Below, piece after piece: positions 19,188-27,888 of a stretch of 36,204 nucleotides of DNA. The stretch is from sequence record DRR378314_367, one strand, 5' to 3'. Each line of letters opens with the position of its first letter. Positions within the stretch are counted from its first letter, which is position 1. The notes beneath the pieces are model-generated. The model saw only the letters and a list, made by a program, of their open reading frames with translations. It was not told where the DNA came from and searched no databases. The translations under genes were made by a program, and so were the position numbers.

Positions 19188-19663
19188 GTAAGCTCCACGT
19201 ATCTACCACCGTGAACGGAGACGCGGTTGAATACCTTTGTGACCCACGCGAAACCCTGTTGGATTGTCTGCGCGACAAGTTGAATCTGACCGGTTCGAAA
19301 GAGGGCTGCGGCACCGGCGATTGCGGTGCGTGCTCGGTCAGCGTCGACGGTCGCCTGGTGTGTTCGTGCCTCATGCTGGGTGTCGAGGCCGAGGGAAAGC
19401 AGATCGAAACTGTCGAAGGCATCGCGGATGGCGACGTTTTGCACCCGCTGCAGAAGAAGATGATCGAATATGCCGCCCTGCAATGCGGTATCTGCACTCC
19501 GGGCATTCTGGTTGCGGCCAAATCATTGCTGGAAAAGAACCCCGATCCCACGGAAGAAGAGACCCGGTATTGGCTGGCAGGCAACCTTTGCCGCTGCACC
19601 GGTTATGACAAGATCATTCGCGCCGTATTGGATACTGCGGCTGAAATGCGGGAGGCTTCGTAA
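19184..19663 (+). CDS. Xanthine dehydrogenase-family [2Fe-2S] (small) subunit
   Basis: GCGTGDCGAC..SC, QCGICTPG, GNLCRCTGY. ATGA overlap with the upstream gene. Confidence 0.95.
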   Translation: MSKLHVSTTVNGDAVEYLCDPRETLLDCLRDKLNLTGSKEGCGTGDCGACSVSVDGRLVCSCLMLGVEAEGKQIETVEGIADGDVLHPLQKKMIEYAALQCGICTPGILVAAKSLLEKNPDPTEEETRYWLAGNLCRCTGYDKIIRAVLDTAAEMREAS

Positions 19664-21915
19664 TGGCTCTGGACGATCGCAAATCTGACTTCACATTCGT
19701 CGGCACACGCCCTGATCGCCCCGACGGTCTGGACAAGGTCACAGGTCGCGCCAAGTTCGGCGCAGATGTTTCGGCCCCCGGTATGTTGTACGGCGCGATT
19801 CTGCGCTCGCCCCACGCGCATGCGCGGATCGTCAGCATCGATGCGTCCAAGGCTGAGGCGCACAAGGACGTCAAAGCCGTCGTCACCCGTGCCGACTTCG
19901 CCGATGTCCCGTTCAAGCCGGGGCTTGGAGGCGAATTCTGGAACGTTCTGGAAAACGTCATGGCGGGCGAAAAGGCGCTCTATGACGGGCATGCGGTTGC
20001 TGCTGTGGCGGCCACATCGGCTTTGGCGGCACGCGATGCGCTCAAGCTGATCGAAATCGAATACGAGGTGCTGCCCCACGTCACCGATGTGGACAAAGCG
20101 ATGGCCTCCGACGCACCGGTCATTCGCGAAGGTGCTGCGGATTATTCTGTGCCCGAAGGGATGCACCCCAACGTGGTGCGCTATCACGAAAGTGGCCACG
20201 GAGATGTCGAGGCCGGTTTCGCCGAGGCCGATCTGGTCATCGAAGACAGCTTTGTGACTGAGGCGACCCATCAGGGCTATATCGAACCTCATGCCTGTCT
20301 TGCTTCGCTTGGCATGGATGGCAAGGGAGAGTTGTGGTGCACGACTCAGGGTCATTGGTACGCACAGAAATACTGTGCCACATTGCTGGGTATCGAAACT
20401 GCGCAATTGCGCGTGACCGCTTCTGAAATAGGTGGAGGTTTTGGCGGCAAGACCACTGTGTTCATTGAACCGGTGGCGCTGGCGCTCAGCCGCAAGGCCA
20501 ACCGCCCGGTTAAGTTGGTGATGGCCCGGTCCGAGGTATTCCGGTCAACCGGGCCAACCTCTTCCGCGTCGATGGACATCAAGATCGGGATGAAGAAAGA
20601 CGGCACCATTACCGCTGCCGAAGGGATCTTTCGGCTGCAAGGTGGCGCGTTCCCCGGCGCGCCCGGCGATCTGACGGCCATGTGCGCCTTTGCGCCCTAT
20701 GATCTGACCAATGTGCGGCAGGTGGGGTACGACGTGATGGCCAATCGTCCCAAGCAAGCCGCCTATCGCGCGCCCGGCGCTCCGATGGGGGCATTTGCAG
20801 TTGAATCTGTTTTGGACGAGCTGTGCAACCAACTGGGTCTTGATCCTGTTGATGTGCGCCTGAAAAACGCAGCGGCTGAGGGCTCCAAAGCGAGCTATGG
20901 CCCGACTTATGAGCGTATCGGCCTTGTCGAAACCCTTGAAGCTGCCAAGGCGCATCCGCATTATTCGACCCCGCTGAAGCCGGGGCAGGGGCGCGGTATT
21001 TCATGCGGTTTCTGGTTCAACCATGGGGGCGAGACGTCTGTATCGCTGGCCTTGTCCGAAGACGGCTCGGCACAGGTTATGGTCGGCACGCCCGATATCG
21101 GTGGCTCACGCGCGTCAATGGCGCTGATGGCCGCCGAAGTGCTGGGTATTCCCTATGAGAACATCCGGGTCACCGTCGCCGACACGGCAACGCTGGGGTA
21201 CAACGACGTAAGCCATGGTAGCCGTGTCACGTATGCCTCGGGTCTTGCGACGATCAAGGCGGCAAATCATGCGGTTGAGCGCCTGTGCGAACGTGCGGCG
21301 GCCAAGTGGGGTATTCCGGTCGATGCGGTGAAATGGGAAAACGGCTGTGCTGTGCCTTCGGGCCCCAATGCGGGCGATTTCGATCCGCTGGCTCTGGCCG
21401 ATATCACTGCCGATATGGGTGCAACCGGTGGTCCGATCTCGGGCCATTTCGAAGCGACACCCGAGGGTGCGGGCGTGTCATTTGGTACCCATATCGTCGA
21501 TGCCGAGGTTGATCCGGAAACCGGCAAAACCAGCATCATACGCTATACCGTCATTCAGGACGCGGGGAAGGCCATCCATCCGGCCTATGTGGAAGGCCAG
21601 TTTCAAGGTGGTGCTGCACAAGGCATCGGCTGGGCACTGAACGAGGAATATATCTATGGCGAAGATGGTCGTTTGCAGAATTCGATCTTCCTCGATTACC
21701 GCATCCCGGTCGCCAGCGACTTGCCGATGATCGATACCGTGATCGTCGAAGTGCCGAACCCCGGCCACCCGTTTGGAGTACGCGGTGTCGGTGAAACAGG
21801 CATCGTGCCGCCCCTTGCAGCCATTGCAAACGCGGTGTCCAACGCCGCGGGTGTACGCTTGCGGCAACTGCCGATGTCACCACCCCGTATTCTGGCAGCG
21901 CTGAAGGACAAATGA
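19663..21915 (+). CDS. Xanthine dehydrogenase-family molybdopterin-binding (large) subunit
   Basis: KVTGRAKF, LRSPHAHA, GGGFGGK, AYRAPG, EGQFQGGAAQGIGWAL.E, RGVGETG with catalytic Glu. TAATG overlap. Confidence 0.95.
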   Translation: MALDDRKSDFTFVGTRPDRPDGLDKVTGRAKFGADVSAPGMLYGAILRSPHAHARIVSIDASKAEAHKDVKAVVTRADFADVPFKPGLGGEFWNVLENVMAGEKALYDGHAVAAVAATSALAARDALKLIEIEYEVLPHVTDVDKAMASDAPVIREGAADYSVPEGMHPNVVRYHESGHGDVEAGFAEADLVIEDSFVTEATHQGYIEPHACLASLGMDGKGELWCTTQGHWYAQKYCATLLGIETAQLRVTASEIGGGFGGKTTVFIEPVALALSRKANRPVKLVMARSEVFRSTGPTSSASMDIKIGMKKDGTITAAEGIFRLQGGAFPGAPGDLTAMCAFAPYDLTNVRQVGYDVMANRPKQAAYRAPGAPMGAFAVESVLDELCNQLGLDPVDVRLKNAAAEGSKASYGPTYERIGLVETLEAAKAHPHYSTPLKPGQGRGISCGFWFNHGGETSVSLALSEDGSAQVMVGTPDIGGSRASMALMAAEVLGIPYENIRVTVADTATLGYNDVSHGSRVTYASGLATIKAANHAVERLCERAAAKWGIPVDAVKWENGCAVPSGPNAGDFDPLALADITADMGATGGPISGHFEATPEGAGVSFGTHIVDAEVDPETGKTSIIRYTVIQDAGKAIHPAYVEGQFQGGAAQGIGWALNEEYIYGEDGRLQNSIFLDYRIPVASDLPMIDTVIVEVPNPGHPFGVRGVGETGIVPPLAAIANAVSNAAGVRLRQLPMSPPRILAALKDK

Positions 21916-22157
21916 TCGAGGTTCACCTTTGGTCCAGCCTCCGGTCGCTGACCGGAGGCCTACAGGTGATCGAAGTCGACGCCGCGACAACCGGGGAGCT
22001 GTTGAAAGAGCTGGTGCGCCTTCATCCCCGGTTGCAGGCTCCAATTGACGCTGGCGTGTCGGTCGCCGTAGACGGGCGCATCATTGCGACCGGGTTATCC
22101 GAGCCGATCCCGGAAGGCGCCGAGGTCTATTTGATGCAACGTCTCAGGGGCGGCTGA
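21912..22157 (+). CDS. MoaD/ThiS-family ubiquitin-like sulfur carrier protein
   Basis: 81 aa, beta-grasp-like pattern (VHLWSSLR..., VAVDG), C-terminal Gly-Gly. ATGA overlap with the large subunit. Confidence 0.85.
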   Translation: MIEVHLWSSLRSLTGGLQVIEVDAATTGELLKELVRLHPRLQAPIDAGVSVAVDGRIIATGLSEPIPEGAEVYLMQRLRGG

Positions 22158-22175
22158 GTTTAGAAAGCCGTAATG

Positions 22176-23048
22176 CTAGCTGAAATCGCATGACAGAATA
22201 AAGTCGCTGCATTGTTCGGTCAGATCCTGAAACTGTGAACGGTCACGGACGTACAAATAGACCTGCCTTTTGTCATGCAAGTCCGCGATTGGGCGGAATG
22301 AGACTGCTTCCGGCAAGAACTCAGCCACTGTTTGCGGCAGTACGGTGATCCAATCGCCAGTGCGTACCAAATTGATCAGTGAATGCGTGTTGTGAATTGT
22401 GATCTCAGCACTTTTGACCGCAGTCAGGAAAGCCGCTGTCCGGATCAGGTCGCAAAGCGTATTTCGAACAAAAGGCGCCGTCGGCACGTCAGCGATGGTC
22501 AGAGGTTCTGTTCGGGTTATCAGGGGATGATCCGATGCAGCGACCAGACCAAACGAATCCTCAAGCAGAGGAATGGCGCGGACACCATTTAACGGATGAT
22601 ACACTGATGCGATGCCGATATCAGCCTGGTCCTGGGCCAGGGCATCGAGCACCTGTTGCGTATCGGTGTCGCGCAGTTCGATCTTCAATCCCGGGAACTC
22701 ACGCGTCATGTGAGCCAGCAGCGGGGGAAAGAGCAACGCACCAACCGAAGGGACCGAGACGATTCGGATCAGCCCCTGTTCTGCCTGTGCCGCAGCTTCA
22801 ATGTTCAGAACTGTCTGATCGTATTGCCGCACTTGCCTTAGGCCGATGTCGAACACCTGCTCGCCCAATGGCGAAAGCCGGTTCTTGCGCTCGCCTTCGA
22901 ACAACTTCTTGCCCAAATGGTCTTCGAGTTGTTTCAGCGTCATCGAGACGGCGGATTGCGTACGACCCAGTCGGTCGGCGGCTTCGATCAGATTGCCGGT
23001 CTGCGCCACCGTGCAAAAGCAGCGCAGCATTTCGATCTTGATAGCCAA
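22176..23048 (-). CDS. LysR-family regulator (probable regulator of the divergent ALDH-BCCT cluster)
   Basis: AADRLGRTQSAVSMTLKQLE HTH and substrate-binding domain; TTG start. Confidence 0.92.
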   Translation of the reverse strand: MAIKIEMLRCFCTVAQTGNLIEAADRLGRTQSAVSMTLKQLEDHLGKKLFEGERKNRLSPLGEQVFDIGLRQVRQYDQTVLNIEAAAQAEQGLIRIVSVPSVGALLFPPLLAHMTREFPGLKIELRDTDTQQVLDALAQDQADIGIASVYHPLNGVRAIPLLEDSFGLVAASDHPLITRTEPLTIADVPTAPFVRNTLCDLIRTAAFLTAVKSAEITIHNTHSLINLVRTGDWITVLPQTVAEFLPEAVSFRPIADLHDKRQVYLYVRDRSQFQDLTEQCSDFILSCDFS

Positions 23049-23050
23049 AC

Positions 23051-23065
23051 TTCAATATCCTTGAA
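23051..23065. promoter_or_regulatory. Candidate LysR recognition site TTCAA-N5-TTGAA (T-N11-A)
   Basis: Perfect dyad TTCAA TATCC TTGAA 2 bp upstream of the LysR start, in an AT-rich divergent intergenic region. Confidence 0.65.
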
Positions 23066-23148
23066 ATTTATTTAAGCTATTTGAGTTTGACTGATGCGAT
23101 CCAAAAAATCCATCCTGTGACAAACGAATTCTGACTCTGGGGCGCATT

Positions 23149-24591
23149 GTGACCAAACTGAACCTGATCGCTGGCGAATGGCTGGCAGGCGAAAGCGAAA
23201 CTGAAAACAGCAATCCTTCGGACCTGAGCGATCTGGTTGGCATGTTCGCGCAAGCCAGCACTGATCAGCTTGAGGCGACGCTGGATCAGGCGCGTGTGGC
23301 GCAATCGGAGTGGGCCGCCTACGGGTTAGAGCGCAAGCAGAACGTGCTGAACGCCATCGGCAATGAGTTGATGGCCCGCGCAGAAGAGTTGGGCACACTT
23401 CTCAGCCGTGAAGAGGGCAAACCACTGGCCGAAGGCAAGGGTGAAGTTTTTCGCGCCGGTCAGTTCTTTACCTACTACGCGGCTGAATGCCTGCGCCAGA
23501 TCGGCGAGAATGCCGATTCCGTGCGCCCCGATGTCGAGGTGGACGTCCGTCGTGAGGCGGTTGGAGTTGTTGCTATCATCAGCCCGTGGAACTTCCCGAC
23601 TGCGACAGCGTCGTGGAAGATCGCGCCTGCGCTGTGCTATGGCAACGCCGTAGTTTGGAAACCCGCCAACATCACTCCGGCCTCGGCTGTGGCTCTGACA
23701 GAAATTATCGAACGTCAGGACATTCCCAAGGGTCTGTTCAGCCTTGTCATGGGTTCGGGCCGGTCCATCGGTCAACGTCTGGTCGAAAGCCCCAAAGTCA
23801 ACGCGATCTCTTTCACCGGCTCGGTACCTGTGGGCAAGGGCATCGCCGCAGCGGCCATCCAAAACCTGACCAAAGTGCAGATGGAAATGGGATCGAAAAA
23901 CGCGTTGGCCGTGATGGACGATGCCGATCTCGATCTTGCGGTCTCACTTGCTTTGGGCGGCGCGTTTGGCGGAACTGGCCAGAAATGTACCGCCTCGTCT
24001 CGGCTCGTGGTTCATGCGGGCATCCACGATGCATTTGTCGAGAAACTGGTGGCAGGCGCACAGGCAATGAAGGTCGGCCATGCGCTGGAAGCAGGCGTTC
24101 AAATGGGCCCTGTGGTCAGCCAACAGCAGCTGAGCGAGAACCTCGCCTATGTCGATCTGGGTAAATCCGAAGGCGCAGAACTGGCCTGTGGTGGCCAGCG
24201 TCTCGATATGCCGCATGATGGCTTCTACATGTCGCCGGGTGTGTTCCTGAACACTAACAATGACATGGCGATCAACCGCGAGGAAATGTTTGCCCCTCTG
24301 ACCAGCGTCATCAAAGTTGGCAGCTATGACGAGGCGCTGAGCGTCGTCAATGACACCAATTTTGGCCTGACTTCGGGGATTGTCACCAAATCGCTGGCTC
24401 GAGCCACGCATTTCCGCCGCAATGCACGTACGGGTGTTGTGACAGTCAACCTGCCCACCGCTGGCACGGATTACCATGTGCCCTTCGGCGGGCGGGGTGA
24501 TAGTTCCTACGGGCCACGAGAACAGGGTAAGGCGGCAGCCGAATTCTATACCACCGTCAAGACGGCCTATATCAGCGCAGGCCCGGTCTGA
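23149..24591 (+). CDS. Aldehyde dehydrogenase (2-oxoglutarate semialdehyde dehydrogenase-like clade)
   Basis: SPWNFP, WKPA, FTGS..VG, EMGSKN (catalytic Glu), GQKCTA (catalytic Cys), EEMFAP, PFGG. Confidence 0.93.
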   Translation: MTKLNLIAGEWLAGESETENSNPSDLSDLVGMFAQASTDQLEATLDQARVAQSEWAAYGLERKQNVLNAIGNELMARAEELGTLLSREEGKPLAEGKGEVFRAGQFFTYYAAECLRQIGENADSVRPDVEVDVRREAVGVVAIISPWNFPTATASWKIAPALCYGNAVVWKPANITPASAVALTEIIERQDIPKGLFSLVMGSGRSIGQRLVESPKVNAISFTGSVPVGKGIAAAAIQNLTKVQMEMGSKNALAVMDDADLDLAVSLALGGAFGGTGQKCTASSRLVVHAGIHDAFVEKLVAGAQAMKVGHALEAGVQMGPVVSQQQLSENLAYVDLGKSEGAELACGGQRLDMPHDGFYMSPGVFLNTNNDMAINREEMFAPLTSVIKVGSYDEALSVVNDTNFGLTSGIVTKSLARATHFRRNARTGVVTVNLPTAGTDYHVPFGGRGDSSYGPREQGKAAAEFYTTVKTAYISAGPV

Positions 24592-25568
24592 TGCTGATTG
24601 ATGGCCTGCAATATGCCAACTGGTCAGAAAAGATTTTCCGACAACTGCGCGAGGGCGGCGTGGACGCGATCCACGTCACCATCGCCTATCATGAGACTTT
24701 CCGCGAAACTGTTCTGAACTTCGAGAAATGGAACTGCTGGTTCGAGCAGTACCCGGACCTCATCATGAAAGGCCGATGGGCCAGCGATATCGACATTGCT
24801 CGTGATACCGGGCGGACGGCTGTGTTCTTTGGGTTTCAGAACCCATCCCCCATCGAAGATGATATCGGGTTGGTTGAAATCCTACACGATCTGGGCGCGC
24901 GGTTTATGCAGCTGACCTATAACAACCAGTCGCTGCTTGCGACGGGGTGTTACGAGGCTGAAGACACTGGCATCACCCGCATGGGCAAGCAAGTCATCAA
25001 GGAAATGAACCGTGTAGGGCTTGTCGTCGACATGAGCCATTCGGCCGACCGCTCGACCATCGAGGCCGCTGAATTGTCCGAGCGTCCCATCGCCATCACT
25101 CATGCCAACCCGCATGAATGGTCGCCTGCGTTGCGCAACAAGCGGGATGAGGTGATCAAAGCGGTGACCGAGAAAGGTGGAATGCTGGGCTTTTCAGTCT
25201 ATCCTCATCACTTGAAGGACAAGTCCGAATGCACCCTGGACAGCTTCTGCGAGATGATCGCGCGCACTGCCGACAAATATGGGGTGCAGAACCTGGGGAT
25301 TGGCACTGATCTGTGCCAGGACCAACCCGACAACGTGGTTGAATGGATGCGTGTTGGGCGCTGGACGAAAGAAATAGACTATGGCGAAGGTTCAGCCTCG
25401 GCTGCAGGATTTCCGCCAATGCCGCACTGGTTCCGCGACAATCGGGATTTTGGCAATATCGAGCATGGATTGCGCGCGGTTGGTATGAATGCTGAGGAAG
25501 TCGCAGGAATCATGGGGCGCAACTGGTATCGTTTCTTTGCCGACAACTTTGGACCTCAACAGCCATGA
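24591..25568 (+). CDS. Membrane dipeptidase (M19)-family amidohydrolase with altered metal ligands
   Basis: QLTYN, EMNRVGLVVDMSH, ITHAN, RNK.DE, GIGTD, IMG.NW.R. TGATG overlap with ALDH. Confidence 0.88.
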   Translation: MLIDGLQYANWSEKIFRQLREGGVDAIHVTIAYHETFRETVLNFEKWNCWFEQYPDLIMKGRWASDIDIARDTGRTAVFFGFQNPSPIEDDIGLVEILHDLGARFMQLTYNNQSLLATGCYEAEDTGITRMGKQVIKEMNRVGLVVDMSHSADRSTIEAAELSERPIAITHANPHEWSPALRNKRDEVIKAVTEKGGMLGFSVYPHHLKDKSECTLDSFCEMIARTADKYGVQNLGIGTDLCQDQPDNVVEWMRVGRWTKEIDYGEGSASAAGFPPMPHWFRDNRDFGNIEHGLRAVGMNAEEVAGIMGRNWYRFFADNFGPQQP

Positions 25569-27250
25569 ACAGCGCGCATCCAGTCATCGAACGCCGCGAT
25601 CCCGCGACAGTGATGCGCCTGTCGCGATTGGGATCGCTGCACCAATGTCGCCTAAGCTTTATGCGCCAGCTCACGCGCCGAATGGCCTCGGAGCAATGGG
25701 TCTTTTCCCGTCCGGTTTTCGACATTGATGAAAAGGGTGTGGGTTACGCGGTCTATTCTGCGCAAGGACCCGACCGCACTTATTCGCTGATTGCATTTGC
25801 CCATGATCTGCCACCCGAGCAGCGCTCGGACCGGGTGATTGCAGAGGCCTGGGATGCCACGTTCACATTGTTCGATGGTGTTCCGACCGCAGACGACATC
25901 CAACGCTTGTCACAGAACGTACCGCTGCAAGAGGCTGGGCGGATTAGCGAAAGCGAATTGTCACTGTCGCGTGCCAATCGATCGGTCCGGTTGTGGGATC
26001 ATGTCGTCGCCCGGCTGGCCGCTGGTCAGCAGCCCGATCTCGAACAGATTTATCAGGTTGGGTATTTGATGCGGACGACCGCAGTCTACGGATCGGGCAA
26101 GTTCGGTGCGGCGGATCGCGAGAAGATTGCTGACCGACCCGAGGTGAGTGGCCCGTTTCAGGCCGAGATGTTGTCGGTTTATCTGACCCGGATATTCGTA
26201 CGCGATCTCGTTCAACACATGGCAACATCCAAAGGCAGAGAACAGACCGCGCGGTTGGATCCGCAGATTGCGCGCTGGCTAGGGATTGGTAATTCGACCG
26301 GGTTGGGAATGGCGCCGTTCATCGTCAATCATCCCGTTCTGTTCAACAACTGGATCATGGTGCGTGAAGAAGCGATCGCGCGGGTCCGATCGATTGAAAC
26401 TGCTACTGAGGCGGAAATCGCGCATTTCCATTCGGTGTTTGAACGCAGCAGATTGTCGATCTCTTGGTGGCAATCTGCGCATCCGATCCAGATTGAAAAG
26501 CTTGCAGCGCTGAACGCCGACCTGAATGCGATCTCAGAACATCTTGATCATGCCGATTTGGGGGGAAATCAGCCTTGGAACCAATTGGTCCTTTGGTCTC
26601 AGACCGCGCTTAGCGAAGAGGGACAGGAACTATTGGCATCGCTGATCCTGGAACCCTATGGCGCACTGGTGGATGGGCTGGTCAGTTGTATGGCTGATGG
26701 CAATAGCCAAGCCTTCACGATCGATGGTGCAATGTCGGTCGAAAATGTGCGTGACTTGATCCGCACAGGCTTTGACTGGGCGTTCGATCTTGAGTGGGCC
26801 TCGCCCGAGCATTGCGCGCGCGTTTGGTATGTATCGGAAGAAAAGCTTGAACCCCGGCTGGGCGAACGATTTGACGAGCCGGTCGCGGACTATGAGCAGC
26901 CGCTTGCCCCAGCGCGTGATGCAGCGCTGGCTTTCAAGGCGCTTTCGGATTGGCCGGATGATACGTCCGTCGCCGAATTCCTGCAGCGTTATCCGGAACA
27001 TCGCCATACAGTGCGCCGCGCACAGATGAGCCGTCACGCACCTTATGGCGAAATCCGTGACAATACGATTGGAGCGGACGTCCTGCCCATCGATATGCTG
27101 CGAGCCAAGCTTTCGTTCTTTGGGGCGACGCATTTTGATCCCCGCTCGGACCGCTGGGTGCGTATTTGTATGTATGCAGGTGCCCCCTATCCGGAAGAGC
27201 TGAGTTCAGAAAACGCTGATCTGTGGGTGTACCCGGAGATGGAGCAATGA
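25565..27250 (+). CDS. Protein of unknown function (561 aa)
   Basis: Long ORF coupled at both ends by ATGA overlaps inside the operon; no family motif recognised. Confidence 0.85.
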   Translation: MNSAHPVIERRDPATVMRLSRLGSLHQCRLSFMRQLTRRMASEQWVFSRPVFDIDEKGVGYAVYSAQGPDRTYSLIAFAHDLPPEQRSDRVIAEAWDATFTLFDGVPTADDIQRLSQNVPLQEAGRISESELSLSRANRSVRLWDHVVARLAAGQQPDLEQIYQVGYLMRTTAVYGSGKFGAADREKIADRPEVSGPFQAEMLSVYLTRIFVRDLVQHMATSKGREQTARLDPQIARWLGIGNSTGLGMAPFIVNHPVLFNNWIMVREEAIARVRSIETATEAEIAHFHSVFERSRLSISWWQSAHPIQIEKLAALNADLNAISEHLDHADLGGNQPWNQLVLWSQTALSEEGQELLASLILEPYGALVDGLVSCMADGNSQAFTIDGAMSVENVRDLIRTGFDWAFDLEWASPEHCARVWYVSEEKLEPRLGERFDEPVADYEQPLAPARDAALAFKALSDWPDDTSVAEFLQRYPEHRHTVRRAQMSRHAPYGEIRDNTIGADVLPIDMLRAKLSFFGATHFDPRSDRWVRICMYAGAPYPEELSSENADLWVYPEMEQ

Positions 27251-27876
27251 GTTTCTCTCTCAACGAGGTCGAAGCCACCGCCAAACGCGCAGCGCGTGGT
27301 GCAGGCTATACTTGGGGAGTTGCAGAAGACACCGCGAAGGCTACGCGCTGGCTTTGTGCCCAGGGTCTAGATGGCCCGGTGGTCCTGTCACGTGCGCTGG
27401 AGCATGGGTTCGCAGCTTCATTGGAAGATCACGTACCAGCGGGATCGCAAAGCGATTGGGCCGGCAACAAAGACCTGTGCCCGTTGATGGCCGGGGCGAT
27501 GCTTTCGGATTGTTCCGACTTTCTGCGATCCGGTCCAATTCGCATCAGAGAGGTTGCCGTGCCAATGCTGCTGCTGCCATTCGCCGCCAACGCCGCGCGC
27601 AGTCTGCAAGCGGTCATCACCGTCACATCCGGAGATTTTTCCGCTGCGACTGATGGGGTGCGGCTGGCACTGAGAAATGAATGTCCGGCTTTTGCGGACC
27701 ATGTCGAGGTCGCGTTGGGCGATGGCCTGACTGATCCGTGTTCGCTGCAAACCCGTGCAACGCCTGATCCGGCTGCGTGGAAGATACTCAACCAATTTGC
27801 CCATCGTACCTACGCCCCCGCGACAGAAGCATCCCGCTTGCTTGGCGCAGGGGCTGGGCTTTCCGACAATGACTGA
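27247..27876 (+). CDS. DUF3726-like protein
   Basis: Start MSFSLNEVEATAKRAARGAG.. overlaps the upstream stop and follows GGAG; ends ..RTYAPATEASRLLGAGAGLSDND. Family name recalled, not searched. Confidence 0.75.
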   Translation: MSFSLNEVEATAKRAARGAGYTWGVAEDTAKATRWLCAQGLDGPVVLSRALEHGFAASLEDHVPAGSQSDWAGNKDLCPLMAGAMLSDCSDFLRSGPIRIREVAVPMLLLPFAANAARSLQAVITVTSGDFSAATDGVRLALRNECPAFADHVEVALGDGLTDPCSLQTRATPDPAAWKILNQFAHRTYAPATEASRLLGAGAGLSDND

Positions 27877-27888
27877 AAGAAGACCTAA

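Noticed and set aside
18321-21915. Aerobic CO dehydrogenase (coxMSL)
   Set aside because: Gene order fits, but the active-site loop is AYRAPG rather than AYxCSFR (form I) or AYxGAGR (form II), and no cox accessory genes are present.
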